From: Eledone cirrhosa
Lineage: Eukaryota
Direction: 5' to 3'
Assembly: GCA_964016885.1 (NCBI GenBank)
Contig: OZ024742.1
Location: forward strand, 376,650,001 to 376,714,000
Length of the DNA stretch: 64,000 bases
Shown: positions 15,001 to 30,000 of the stretch, piece after piece
Layout of the letters: each line of letters begins with the position of its first letter
How positions within the stretch are numbered: the first letter of the stretch is position 1
Notes under the pieces: model-generated
Told to the model about the DNA's origin: nothing
What the model saw: only the letters and a program-made list of their open reading frames with translations
Databases searched by the model: none
Made by a program: the position numbers and the translations under genes

Positions 15001-18000
15001 TAGTACCATCATACACCCAGCCCACCCTGTAAGGTGGTAGTGGTAGTGGTAGTGCCATCATACACCCAGCCCACCCTGTAAGGTGGTAGTGGTAGTGGTA
15101 GTGCCATCATACACCCAGCCCACCCTGTAAGGTGGTAGTGGTAGTGTCATCATACGCCCACCCCACCCTGTAAGGTGGTAGTGGTAGTGTCATCTAACGC
15201 CCACCCCACCCTGTAAGGTGGTAGTGGTAGTGTCATCTAACGCCCACCCCACCCTGTAAGGTGGTAGTGGTAGTGTGATCATACACCCAGCCCACCCTGT
15301 AAGGTGGTAGTGGTAGTGTCATCATACGCCCACCCCACCCTGTAAGGTGGTAGTGGTAGTGTCATCATACACCCAGCCCACCCTGTAAGGTGGTAGTGGT
15401 AGTGGTAGTGCCATCATACACCCAGCCCACCCTGTAAGGTGGTAGTGGTAGTGTCATCATACACCCAGCCCACCCTGTAAGGTGGTAGTGGTAGTGTCAT
15501 CATACACCCAGCCCACCCTGTAAGGTGGTAGTGGTAGTGTCATCATACACCCAGCCCACCCTGTAAGGTGGTAGTGGTAGTGGTAGTGCCATCATACACC
15601 CAGCCCACCCTGTAAGGTGGTAGTGGTAGTGTCATCATACACCCAGCCCACCCTGTAAGGTGGTAGTGGTAGTGTCATCATACACCCAGCCCACCCTGTA
15701 AGGTGGTAGTGGTAGTGCCATCATACACCCAGCCCACCCTGTAAGGTGGTAGTGGTAGTGCCATCATACACCCAGCCCACCCTGTAAGGTAGTGGTGGTA
15801 GTGTCATCATACACCTAGCCCACCCTGTAAGGTGGTAGTGGTAGTGTCATCATACACCCAGCCCACCCTGTAAGGTGGTAGTGGTAGTGGTAGTGCCATC
15901 ATACACCCAGCCCACCCTGTAAGGTGGTAGTGGTAGTGTCATCATACACCCAGCCCACCCTGTAAGGTGGTAGTGGTAGTGTCATCATACACCCACCCCA
16001 CCCTGTAAGGTGGTAGTGGTAGTGCCATCATACACCCAGCCCACCCTGTAAGGTGGTAGTGGTAGGGTCATCATACACCCAGCCCACCCTGTAAGGTGGT
16101 AGTGGTAGTGTCATCATACACCCAGCCCACCCTGCAAGGTGGTAGTGGTAGTGCCATCATACACCCAGCCCACCCTGTAAGGTGGTAGTGGTAGTGTCAT
16201 CATACACCCAGCCCACCCTGCAAGGTGGTAGTGGTAGTGCCATCATACACCCAGCCCACCCTGTAAGGTGGTAGTGGTAGTGCCATCATACACCCAGCCC
16301 ACCCTGTAAGGTGGTAGTGGTAGTGCCATCATACACCCAGCCCACCCTGTAAGGTGGTAGTGGTAGTGGTAGTGCCATCATACACCCAGCCCACCCTGTA
16401 AGGTGGTAGTGGTAGTGGTAGTGTTATTATACACCCAGCCCACCCTGTAAGGTGGTAGTGGTAGTGCCATCATACACCCAGCCCACCCTGTAAGGTGGTA
16501 GTGGTAGTGCCATCATACACCCAGCCCACCCTGTAAGGTGGTAGTGGTAGTGGTAGTGTTATCATACACCCAGCCCACCCTGTAAGGTGGTAGTGGTAGT
16601 GCCATCATACACCCAGCCCACCCTGTAAGGTGGTAGTGGTAGTGCCATCATACACCCAGCCCACCCTGTAAGGTGGTAGTGGTAGTACCATCATACACCC
16701 ACCCCACCCTGTAAGGTGGTAGTGGTAGTGCCATCATACACCCAGCCCACCCTGCAAGGTGGTAGTGGTAGTACCATCATACACCCACCCCACCCTGTAA
16801 GGTAGTGGTGGTAGTGTCATCATACACCCAGCCCACCCTGTAAGGTGGTAGTGGTAGTGTCATCATACACCCACTCCACCCTGTAAGGTGGTAGTGGTAG
16901 TGTCATAATACAGCCAGCCCACCCTGTAAGGTGGTAGTGGTAGTGGTAGTGCCATCATACACCCAGCCCACCCTGCAAGGTGGTAGTGGTAGTGGTAGTA
17001 CCATCATACACCCAGCCCACCCTGTAAGGTGGTAGTGGTAGTGTCATCATACACCCACCCCACCCTGTAAGGTGGTAGTGGTAGTGCCATCATACAGCCA
17101 GCCCACCCTGTAAGGTGGTAGTGGTAGTGGTAGTGCCATCATACACCCAGCCCACCCTGCAAGGTGGTAGTGGTAGTGGTAGTACCATCATACACCCAGC
17201 CCACCCTGTAAGGTGGTAGTGGTAGTGCCATCATACACCCAGCCCACCCTGTAAGGTGGTAGTGGTAGTACCATCATACACCCAGCCCACCCTGCAAGGT
17301 GGTAGTGGTAGTGGTAGTGTCATCATACACCTAGCCCACCCTGCAAGGTGGTAGTGGTAGTGGTAGTGCCATCATACACCCAGCCCACCCTGTAAGGTGG
17401 TAGTGGTAGTGCCATCATACACCCAGCCAACCCTGTAAGGTGGTAGTGGTAGTGCCATCATACACCCAGCCCACCCTGCAAGGTGGTAGTGGTAGTGGTA
17501 GTACCATCATACACCCAGCCCACCCTGTAAGGTGGTAGTGGTAGTGCCATCATACACCCAGCCCACCCTGTAAGGTGGTAGTGGTAGTACCATCATACAC
17601 CCAGCCCACCCAGTAAGGTGGTAGTGGTAGTGGTAGTGTCATCATACACCTAGCCCACCCTGCAAGGTGGTAGTGGTAGTGGTAGTGCCATCATACACCC
17701 AGCCCACCTTGCAAGGTGGTAGTGGTAGTGTCATCATACACCCACCCCACCCAGTAAGGTGGTAGTGGTAGTGGTAGTGTCATCATACACCCACCCCACC
17801 CAGTAAGGTGGTAGTGGTAGTGGTAGTACCATCATACACCCAGCCCACCCTGTAAGGTGGTAGTGGTAGTGGTAGTACCATCATACACCCTGCCCACCCT
17901 GTAAGGTGGTAGTGGTAGTGGTAGTACCATCATACACCCAGCCCACCCTGCAAGGTGGTAGTGGTAGTGTCATCATACACCCACCCCACCCTGTAAGGTG

Positions 18001-21000
18001 GTAGTGGTAGTGGTAGTGCCATCATACACCCAGCCCACCCTGTAAGGTGGTATTGGTAGTGCCATCATACACCCACCCCACCTTGTAACGTGGTAGTGGT
18101 AGTACCATCATACACCCAGCCCACCCTGTAAGGTGGTAGTGGTAGTGTCATCATACACCCACCCCACCCTGTAAGGTGGTAGTGGTAGTGGTAGTGCCAT
18201 CATACACCCAGCCCACCCTGTAAGGTGGTAGTGGTAGTGCCATCATACACCCACCCCACCTTGTAATGTGGTAGTGGTAGTACCATCATACACCCAGCCC
18301 ACCCTGTAAGGTGGTAGTGGTAGTGTCATCATACACCCACCCCACCCTGTAAGGTGGTAGTGGTAGTGGTAGTGCCATCATACACCCAGCCCACCCTGTA
18401 AGGTGGTAGTGGTAGTGTCATCATACACCCAGCCCACCCTGTAAGGTGGTAGTGGTAGTGGTAGTGTCATCATACACCCAGCCCACCCTGTAAGGTGGTA
18501 GTGGTAGTGTCATCATACACCCAGCCCACCCTGTAAGGTGGTAGTGGTAGTGTCATCATACACCCACCCCACCCAGTAAGGTGGTAGTGGTAGTGTCATC
18601 ATACACCCAGCCCACCCTGTAAGGTGGTAGTGGTAGTGGTAGTACCATCATACACCCACCCCACCCTGTAAGGTGGTAGTGGTAGTACCATCATACACCC
18701 ACCCCACCCAGTAAGGTGGTAGTGGTAGTGGTAGTGTCATCATACACCCAGCCCACCCTGTAAGGTGGTAGTGGTAGTGGTAGTGTCATCATACACCCAG
18801 CACACCCTGTAAGGTGGTAGTGGTAGTGGTAGTGTGATCATACACCCAGCCCAACCTGTAAGGTGGTAGTGGTAGTGTCATCATACACCCAGCCCACCCT
18901 GTAAGGTGGTAGTGGTAGTGGTAGTGCCATCATACACCCAGCCCACCCTGTAAGGTGGTAGTGGTAGTGCCATCATACACCCAGCCCACCCTGTAAGGTG
19001 GTAGTGGTAGTGCCATCATACACCCAGCCCACCCTGTAAGGTGGTAGTGGTAGTGTCATCATACACCCAACCCACCCTGTAAGGTGGTAGTGGTAGTGCC
19101 ATCATACATCCAGCCCACCCTGTAAGGTGGTAGTGGTAGTGCCATCATACACCCAGCCCACCCTGTAAGGTGGTAGTGGTAGTGCCATCATACACCCAGC
19201 CCACCCTGCAAGGTGGTAGTGGTAGTGCCATCATACACCCAGCCCTCCCTGTAAGGTGGTAGTGGTAGTGCCATCATACACCCAGCCCACCCTGTAAGGT
19301 GGTAGTGGTAGTGGTAGTGCCATCATACACCCAGCCCACCCTGTAAGGTGGTAGTGGTAGTGGTAGTGCCATCATACACCCAGCCCACCCTGTAAGGTGG
19401 TAGTGGTAGTGGTAGTGTTATTATACACCCAGCCCACCCTGTAAGGTGGTAGTGGTAGTGCCATCATACACCCAGCCCACCCTGTAAGGTGGTAGTGGTA
19501 GTGCCATCATACACCCAGCCCACCCTGTAAGGTGGTAGTGGTAGTGGTAGTGTTATCATACACCCAGCCCACCCTGTAAGGTGGTAGTGGTAGTGCCATC
19601 ATACACCCAGCCCACCCTGTAAGGTGGTAGTGGTAGTGCCATCATACACCCAGCCCACCCTGTAAGGTGGTAGTGGTAGTACCATCATACACCCACCCCA
19701 CCCTGTAAGGTGGTAGTGGTAGTGCCATCATACACCCAGCCCACCCTGCAAGGTGGTAGTGGTAGTACCATCATACACCCACCCCACCCTGTAAGGTAGT
19801 GGTGGTAGTGTCATCATACACCCAGCCCACCCTGTAAGGTGGTAGTGGTAGTGTCATCATACACCCACTCCACCCTGTAAGGTGGTAGTGGTAGTGTCAT
19901 CATACACCCACCCCACCCTGTAAGGTGGTAGTGGTAGTGCCATCATACAGCCAGCCCACCCTGTAAGGTGGTAGTGGTAGTACCATCATACACCCAGCCC
20001 ACCCTGTAAGGTGGTAGTGGTAGTGCCATCATACACCCAGCCCACCCTGCAAGGTGGTAGTGGTAGTGGTAGTACCATCATACACCCAGCCCACCCTGTA
20101 AGGTGGTAGTGGTAGTGCCATCATACACCCAGCCCACCCTGTAAGGTGGTAGTGGTAGTACCATCATACACCCAGCCCACCCTGCAAGGTGGTAGTGGTA
20201 GTACCATCATACACCCAGCCCACCCAGTAAGGTGGTAGTGGTAGTGGTAGTGTCATCATACACCCAGCCCACCCTGTAAGGTGGTGGTGGTAGTGTCATC
20301 ATACACCCACCCCACCCTGTAAGGTGGTAGTGGTAGTACCATCATACACCCAGCCCACCCTGCAAGGTGGTAGTGGTAGTGGTAGTGTCATCATACACCC
20401 AGCCCACCTTGCAAGGTGGTAGTGGTAGTGTCATCATACACCCACCCCACCCAGTAAGGTGGTAGTGGTAGTGGTAGTGTCATCATACACCCACCCCACC
20501 CAGTAAGGTGGTAGTGGTAGTGGTAGTACCATCATACACCCAGCCCACCCTGTAAGGTGGTAGTGGTAGTGGTAGTACCATCATACACCCTGCCCACCCT
20601 GTAAGGTGGTAGTGGTAGTGGTAGTACCATCATACACCCAGCCCACCCTGCAAGGTGGTAGTGGTAGTGTCATCATACACCCACCCCACCCTGTAAGGTG
20701 GTAGTGGTAGTGGTAGTGCCATCATACACCCAGCCCACCCTGTAAGGTGGTAGTGGTAGTGCCATCATACACCCACCCCACCTTGTAACGTGGTAGTGGT
20801 AGTACCATCATACACCCAGCCCACCCTGTAAGGTGGTAGTGGTAGTGTCATCATACACCCACCCCACCCTGTAAGGTGGTAGTGGTAGTGGTAGTGCCAT
20901 CATACACCCAGCCCACCCTGTAAGGTGGTAGTGGTAGTGCCATCATACACCCACCCCACCTTGTAACGTGGTAGTGGTAGTACCATCATACACCCAGCCC

Positions 21001-24000
21001 AACCTGTAAGGTGGTAGTGGTAGTACCATCATACACCCAGCCCACCCTGTAAGGTGGTAGTGGTAGTGTCATCATACACCCAGCCCACCCTGTAAGGTGG
21101 TAGTGGTAGTGTCATCATACACCCAACCCACCCTGTAAGGTGGTAGTGGTAGTGTCATCATACACCCAGCCCACCCTGTAAGGTGGTAGTGGTAGTGGTA
21201 GTGCCATCATACACCCAACCCACCCTGTAAGGTGGTAGTGGTAGTGCCATCATACACCCAGCCCACCCTGTAAGGTGGTAGTGGTAGTGGTAGTGCCATC
21301 ATACACCCAGCCCACCCTGTAAGGTGGTAGTGGTAGTGTCATCATACACCCAGCCCACCCTGTAAGGTGGTAGTGGTAGTGCCATCATACACCCAGCCCA
21401 CCCTGTAAGGTGGTAGTGGTAGTACCATCATACACCCAGCCCACCCTGTAAGGTTGTAGTGGTAGTGTCATCATACACCCAACCCACCCTGTAAGGTGGT
21501 AGTGGTAGTGTCATCATACACCCAGCCCACCCTGTAAGGTTGTAGTGGTAGTGGTAGTGCCATCATACACCCAGCCCACCCTGTAAGGTGGTAGTGGTAG
21601 TGCCATCATACACCCAGCCCAACCTGTAAGGTGGTAGTGGTAGTGCCATCATACACCCAGCCCAACCTGTAAGGTGGTAGTGGTAGTGTCATCATACACC
21701 CAGCCCACCCTGTAAGGTGGTAGTGGTAGTGCCATCATACACCCAGCCCAACCTGTAAGGTGGTAGTGGTAGTGCCATCATACACCCAGCCCACCCTGTA
21801 AGGTGGTAGTGGTAGTGGTAGTGCCATCATACACCCAGCCCACCCTGTAAGGTGGTAGTGGTAGTGGTAGTGCCATCATACACCCAGCCCACCCTGTAAG
21901 GTGGTAGTGGTAGTGGTAGGGCCATCATACACCCACCCCACCCTGTAAGGTGGTAGTGGTAGTGCCATCATACACCCAGCCCACCCTGTAAGGTGGTAGT
22001 GGTAGGGCCATCATACACCCACCCCACCCTGTAAGGTGGTAGTGGTAGTGCCATCATACACCCAGCCAACCCTGTAAGGTGGTAGTGGTAGTGCCATCAT
22101 ACACCCAGCCAACCCTGTAAGGTGGTAGTGGTAGTGCCATCATTCACCCAGCCCACCCTGTAAGGTGGTAGTGGTAGTGCCATCATACACCCACCCCACC
22201 CTGTAAGGTGGTAGTGGTAGTGGTAGTGCCATCATACACCCAGCCCACCCTGTAAGGTGGTAGTGGTAGTGCCATCATACACCCAGCCAACCCTGTAAGG
22301 TGGTAGTGGTAGTGGTAGTACCATCATACACCCAGCCCACCCTGTAAGGTGGTAGTGGTAGTGGTAGTACCATCATACACCCAGCCCACCCTGTAAGGTG
22401 GTAGTGGTAGTGCCATCATACACCCAGCCAACCCTGTAAGGTGGTAGTGGTAGTGTCATCATACACCCAGCCCACCCTGTAAGGTGGTAGTGGTAGTGTC
22501 ATCATACACCCAGCCCACCCTGTAAGGTGGTAGTGGTAGTGGTAGTGCCATCATACACCCAGCCAACCCTGTAAGGTGGTAGTGGTAGTGTCATCATACA
22601 CCCAGCCCACCCTGTAAGGTGGTAGTGGTAGTGGTAGTGCCATCATACACCCAGCCAACCCTGTAAGGTGGTAGTGGTAGTGTCATCATACACCCAGCCC
22701 ACCCTGTAAGGTGTTAGTGGTAGTGCCATCATACACCCAGCCCACCCTGTAAGGTGGTAGTGGTAGTGGTAGTGCCATCATACACCCAGCCCCCCCTGTA
22801 AGGTGGTAGTGGTGGTGGTAGTGCCATCATACACCCAGCCCCCCCCCCTGTAAGGTTGTAGTGGTAGTGCCATCATACACCCAGCCCACCCTGTAAGGTG
22901 GTAGTGGTAGTACCATCATACACCCAGCCCACCCTGTAAGGTGGTAGTGGTAGTACCATCATACACCCAGCCCACCCTGTAAGGTGGTAGTGGCAGTGCC
23001 ATCATACACCCAGCCCACCCTGTAAGGTGGTAGTGGTAGTACCATCATACACCCAGCCCACCCTGTAAGGTGGTAGTGGTAGTGTCATCATACACCCAGC
23101 CCACCCTGTAAGGTGGTAGTGGTAGTACCATCATACACCCAGCCCACCCTGTAAGGTGGTAGTGGTAGTACCATCATACACCCAGCCCACCCTGTAAGGT
23201 GGTAGTGGTAGTGGTAGTACCATCATACACCCAGCCCACCCTGTAAGGTGGTAGTGGTAGTGGTAGTGCCATCATACACCCAGCCCACCCTGTAAGGTGG
23301 TAGTGGTAGTACCATCATACACCCAGCCCACCCTGTAAGGTGGTAGTGGTAGTGGTAGTACCATCATACACCCAGCCCACCCTGTAAGGTGGTAGTGGTA
23401 GTGGTAGTGCCATCATACACCCAGCCCACCCTGTAAGGTGGTAGTGGTAGTGGTAGTGCCATCATACACCCAGCCCACCCTGTAAGGTGGTAGTGGTAGT
23501 GCCATCATACACCCAGCCCACCCTGTAAGGTGGTAGTGGTAGTGCCATCATACACCCAGCCCACCCTGTAAGGTGGTAGTGGTAGTGGTAGTGCCATCAT
23601 ACACCCAGCCCACCCTGTAAGGTGGTAGTGGTAGTGCCATCATACACCCAGCCCACCCTGTAAGGTGGTAGTGGTAGTGGTAGTGCCATCATACACCCAG
23701 CCCACCCTGTAAGGTGGTAGTGGTAGTGCCATCATACACCCAGCCCACCCTGTAAGGTGGTAGTGGTAGTGGTAGTGCCATCATACACCCAGCCCACCCT
23801 GTAAGGTGGTAGTGGTAGTGGTAGTGCCATCATACACCCAGCCCACCCTGTAAGGTGGTAGTGGTAGTGCCATCATACACCCAGCCCACCCTGTAAGGTG
23901 GTAGTGGTAGTGGTAGTGCCATCATACACCCAGCCCACCCTGTAAGGTGGTAGTGGTAGTGCCATCATACACCCAGCCCACCCTGTAAGGTGGTAGTGGT

Positions 24001-27000
24001 AGTGGTAGTGCCATCATACACCCAGCCCACCCTGTAAGGTGGTAGTGGTAGTGGTAGTGCCATCATACACCCAGCCCACCCTGTAAGGTGGTAGTGGTAG
24101 TGCCATCATACACCCAGCCCACCCTGTAAGGTGGTAGTGGTAGTGGTAGTACCATCATACACCCAGCCCACCCTGTAAGGTGGTAGTGGTAGTGGTAGTG
24201 CCATCATACACCCAGCCCACCCTGTAAGGTGGTAGTGGTAGTGCCATCATACACCCAGCCCACCCTGTAAGGTGGTAGTGGTAGTGGTAGTGCCATCATA
24301 CACCCAGCCCACCCTGTAAGGTGGTAGTGGTAGTACCATCATACACCCAGCCCACCCTGTAAGGTGGTAGTGGTAGTGCCATCATACACCCAGCCCACCC
24401 TGTAAGGTGGTAGTGGTAGTGGTAGTGCCATCATACACCCACCCCAAGCTGTAAGGTGGTAGTGGTAGTGCCATCATACACCCAGCCCACCCTGTAAGGT
24501 GGTAGTGGTAGTACCATCATACACCCAGCCCACCCTGTAAGGTGGTAGTGGTAGTGCCATCATACACCCAGCCCACCCTGTAAGGTGGTAGTGGTAGTGG
24601 TAGTGCCATCATACACCCACCCCAAGCTGTAAGGTGGTAGTGGTAGTGCCATCATACACCCAGCCCACCCTGTAAGGTGGTAGTGGTAGTGGTAGTGCCA
24701 TCATACACCCAGCCCACCCTGTAAGGTGGTAGTGGTAGTGCCATCATACACCCAGCCCACCCTGTAAGGTGGTAGTGGTAGTGCCATCATACACCCAGCC
24801 CACCCTGTAAGGTGGTAGTGGTAGTGGTAGTACCATCATACACCCAGCCCACCCTGTAAGGTGGTAGTGGTAGTGGTAGTGGTAGTGGTAGTACCATCAT
24901 ACACCCAGCCCCTCCTGTAAGGTGGTAGTGGTAGTGTCATCATACACCCAGCCCACCCTGTAAGGTGGTAGTGGTAGTGCCATCATACACCCAGCCCACC
25001 CTGTAAGGTGGTAGTGGTAGTGTCATCATACACCCAGCCCACCCTGTAAGGTGGTAGTGGTAGTACCATCATACACCCAGCCCACCCTGCAAGGTGGTAG
25101 TGGTAGTGGTAGTACCATCATACACCCAGCCCACCCTGTAAGGTGGTAGTGGGGTGGTAGTACCATCATACACCCAGCCCACCCTGTAAGGTGGTAGTGG
25201 TAGTGGTAGTGGTAGTGGTAGTACCATCATACACCCAGCCCCTCCTGTAAGGTGGTAGTGGTAGTGTCATCATACACCCAGCCCACCCTGTAAGGTGGTA
25301 GTGGTAGTGCCATCATACACCCAGCCCACCCTGTAAGGTGGTAGTGGTAGTGGTAGTGCCATCATACACCCAGCCCACCCTGTAAGGTGGTAGTGGTAGT
25401 GTCATCATACACCCAGCCCACCCTGTAAGGTGGTAGTGGTAGTACCATCATACACCCAGCCCACCCTGCAAGGTGGTAGTGGTAGTGGTAGTACCATCAT
25501 ACACCCAGCCCACCCTGTAAGGTGGTAGTGGGGTGGTAGTGCCATCATACACCCAGCCCACCCTGTAAGGTGGTAGTGGGGTGGTAGTGCCATCATACAC
25601 CCAGCCCACCCTGTAAGGTGGTAGTGGTAGTGGTAGTGCCATCATACACCCAGCCCACCCTGTAAGGTGGTAGTGGGGTGGTAGTGCCATCATACACCCA
25701 GCCCACCCTGTAAGGTGGTAGTGGTAGTGGTAGTGCCATCATACACCCAGCCCACCCTGTAAGGTGGTAGTGGTAGTGGTAGTGCCATCATACACCCAGC
25801 CCACCCTGTAAGGTGGTAGTGGGGTGGTAGTGCCATCATACACCCAGCCCACCCTGTAAGGTGGTAGTGGTAGTGTCATCATACACCCAGCCCACCCTGT
25901 AAGGTGGTAGTGGTAGTACCATCATACACCCAGCCCACCCTGTAAGGTGGTAGTGGTAGTGGTAGTACCATCATACACCCAGCCCACCCTGTAAGGTGGT
26001 AGTGGTAGTGCCATCATACACCCAGCCCACCCTGTAAGGTGGTAGTGGTAGTGTCATCATACACCCAGCCCACCCTGTAAGGTGGTAGTGGTAGTACCAT
26101 CATACACCCAGCCCACCCTGTAAGGTGGTAGTGGTAGTGGTAGTGTCATCATACACCCAGCCCACCCTGTAAGGTGGTAGTGGTAGTGGTAGTGCCATCA
26201 TACACCCAGCCCACCCTGTAAGGTGGTAGTGGTAGTGTCATCATACACCCAGCCCACCCTGTAAGGTGGTAGTGGTAGTGGTAGTACCATCATACACCCA
26301 GCCCACCCTGTAAGGTGGTAGTGGTAGTGGTAGTGCCATCATACACCCAGCCCACCCTGTAAGGTGGTAGTGGTAGTGGTAGTACCATCATACACCTAGC
26401 CCACCCTGTAAGGTGGTAGTGGTAGTGTCATCATACACCCAGCCCACCCTGTAAGGTGGTAGTGGTAGTGGTAGTACCATCATACACCCAGCCCACCCTG
26501 TAAGGTGGTAGTGGTAGTGGTAGTGGTAGTGGTAGTGCCATCATACACCCAGCCCCTCCTGTAAGGTGGTAGTGGTAGTGTCATCATACACCCAGCCCCT
26601 CCTGTAAGGTGGTAGTGGTAGTGTCATCATACACCCAGCCCACCCTGTAAGGTGGTAGTGGTAGTGGTAGTGCCATCATACACCCAGCCCACCCTGTAAG
26701 GTGGTAGTGGTGGTGGTAGTGCCTTCATACACCCACCCCACCCTGTAAGGTGGTAGTGGTAGTGTCATCATACACCCAGCCCACCCTGTAAGGTGGTAGT
26801 GGTAGTGCCATCATACACCCAGCCCACCCTGTAAGGTGGTAGTGGTAGTGCCATCATACACCCAGCTCACCATGTAAGGTGGTAGTGGTAGTGCCATCAT
26901 ACACCCAGCCCACCCTGTAAGGTGGTAGTGGTAGTGCCATCATACACCCAGCCCACCCTGTAATGTGGTAGTGGTAGTGTCATCATACACCCAGCCCACG

Positions 27001-30000
27001 CTGTAAGGTGGTAGTGGTAGTGCCATCATACACCCAGCCCACCCTGTAAGGTGGTAGTGGTAGTGCCATCATACACCCAGCCCACCCTGTAAGGTGGTAG
27101 TGGTAGTGCCATCATACACCCAGCCCACCCTGTAAGGTGGTAGTGGTAGTGCCATCATACACCCAGCCCACCCTGTAAGGTGGTAGTGGTAGTGCCATCA
27201 TACACCCAGCCCACCCTGTAAGGTGGTAGTGGTAGTGCCATCATACACCCAGCCCACCCTGTAAGGTGGTAGTGGTAGTGCCATCATACACCCAGCCCAC
27301 GCTGTAAGGTGGTAGTGGTAGTGCCATCATACACCCAGCCCACGCTGTAAGGTGGTAGTGGTAGTGCCATCATACACCCAGCCCACCCTGTAAGGTGGTA
27401 GTGGTAGTGTCATCATACACCCACCCCACCCTGTAAGGTGGTAGTGGTAGTGCCATCATACACCCAGCCCACGCTGTAAGGTGGTAGTGGTAGTGCCATC
27501 ATACACCCACCCCACCCTGTAAGGTGGTAGTGGTAGTGCCATCATACACCCAGCCCACCCTGTAAGGTGGTAGTGGTAGTGCCATCATACACCCAGCCCA
27601 CCCTGTAAGGTGGTAGTGGTAGTGCCATCATACACCCAGCCCACGCTGTAAGGTGGTAGTGGTAGTGCCATCATACACCCAGCCCACGCTGTAAGGTGGT
27701 AGTGGTAGTGCCATCATACACCCAGCCCACCCTGTAAGGTGGTAGTGGTAGTGTCATCATACACCCACCCCACCCTGTAAGGTGGTAGTGGTAGTGCCAT
27801 CATACACCCAGCCCACGCTGTAAGGTGGTAGTGGTAGTGCCATCATACACCCAGCCCACCCTGTAAGGTGGTAGTGGTAGTGCCATCATACACCCAGCCC
27901 ACCCTGTAAGGTGGTAGTGGTAGTGTCATCATACACCCACCCCACCCTGTAAGGTGGTAGTGGTAGTGCCATCATACACCCAGCCCACCCTGTAAGGTGG
28001 TAGTGGTAGTGTCATCATACACCCAGCCCACCCTGTAAGGTGGTAGTGGTAGTGTCATCATACACCCAGCCCACCCTGTAAGGTGGTAGTGGTAGTGCCA
28101 TCATACACCCAGCCCACGCTGTAAGGTGGTAGTGGTAGTGCCATCATACACCCAGCCCACCCTGTAAGGTGGTAGTGGTAGTGCCATCATACACCCAGCC
28201 CACCCTGTAAGGTGGTAGTGGTAGTTCCATCATACACCCAGCCCACCCTGTAAGGTGGTAGTGGTAGTGTCATCATACACCCAGCCCTCCCTGTAAGGTG
28301 GTAGTGGTAGTGGTAGTACCATCATACACCCAGCCCACCCTGTAAGGTGGTAGTGGTAGTGCCATCATACACCCAGCCCACCCTGTAAGGTGGTAGTGGT
28401 AGTGTCATCATACACCCAGCCCACCCTGTAAGGTGGTAGTGGTAGTGTCATCATACACCCAGCCCTCCCTGTAAGGTGGTAGTGGTAGTGGTAGTACCAT
28501 CATACACCCAGCCCACCCTGTAAGGTGGTAGTGGTAGTGTCATCATACACCCAGCCCACCCTGTAAGGTGGTAGTGGTAGTGTCATAATACACCCAGCCC
28601 TCCCTGTAAGGTGGTAGTGGTAGTGGTAGTACCATCATACACCGAGCCCACCCTGTAAGGTGGTAGTGGTAGTGGTAGTGCCATCATACACCCAGCCCAC
28701 CCTGTAAGGTGGTAGTGGTAGTGTCATCATACACCCAGCCCACCCTGTAAGGTGGTAGTGGTAGTGTCATCATACACCCAGCCCTCCCTGTAAGGTGGTA
28801 GTGGTAGTGGTAGTACCATCATACACCCAGCCCACCCTGTAAGGTGGTAGTGGTAGTGCCATCATACACCCAGCCCACCCTGTAAGGTGGTAGTGGTAGT
28901 ACCATCATACAGCCAGCCCACCCTGTAAGGTGGTAGTGGTAGTACCATCATACACCCAGCCCACCCTGTAAGGTGGTAGTGGTAGTACCATCATACAGCC
29001 AGCTCACCCTGTAAGGTGGTAGTGGTAGTGTCATCATACACCCAGCCCACCCTGTAAGGTGGTAGTGGTAGTGTCATCATACACCCAGCCCACCCTGTAA
29101 GGTGGTAGTGGTAGTGTCATCATACACCCAGCCCACCCTGTAAGGTGGTAGTGGTAGTACCATCATACAGCCAGCCCACCCTGTAAGGTGGTAGTGGTAG
29201 TACCATCATACACCCAGCCCACCCTGTAAGGTGGTAGTGGTAGTACCATCATACAGCCAGCTCACCCTGTAAGGTGGTAGTGGTAGTGTCATCATACACC
29301 CAGCCCACCCTGTAAGGTGGTAGTGGTAGTACCATCATACACCCAGCCCACCCTGTAAGGTGGTAGTGGTAGTGGTAGTGCCATCATACAGCCAGCTCAC
29401 CCTGTAAGGTGGTAGTGGTAGTGCCATCATACACCCAGCCCACCCTGTAAGGTGGTAGTGGTAGTGTCATCATACACCCAGCCCACCCTGTAAGGTGGTA
29501 GTGGTAGTACCATCATACACCCAGCCCACCCTGTAAGGTGGTAGTGGTAGTGTCATCATACACCCAGCCCACCCTGTAAGGTGGTAGTGGTAGTACCATC
29601 ATACAGCCAGCCCACCCTGTAAGGTGGTAGTGGTAGTGTCATCATACAGCCAGCTCACCCTGTAAGGTGGTAGTGGTAGTGCCATCATACACCCAGCCCA
29701 CCCTGTAAGGTGGTAGTGGTAGTGGTAGTGCCATCATACACCCACCCCACCCTGTAAGGTGGTAGTGGTAGTGGTAGTACCATCATACACCCAGCCCACC
29801 CTGTAAGGTGGTAGTGGTAGTGCCATCATACACCCACCCCACGTGGTAAGGTGGTAGTGGTAGTACCATCATACACCTAGCCCACCCTGTAAGGTGGTAG
29901 TGGTAGTGGTAGTGCTATCATACACCCAGCCAACCCTGTAAGGTGGTAGTGGTAGTGGTAGTACCATCATACACCCAGCCCACCCTGTAAGGTGGTAGTG

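Noticed and set aside
25405-25693. ORFs within the left satellite
   Set aside because: 43/49-bp units are not multiples of 3. The short ORFs arise from local GGGGTGG variants that remove stops.
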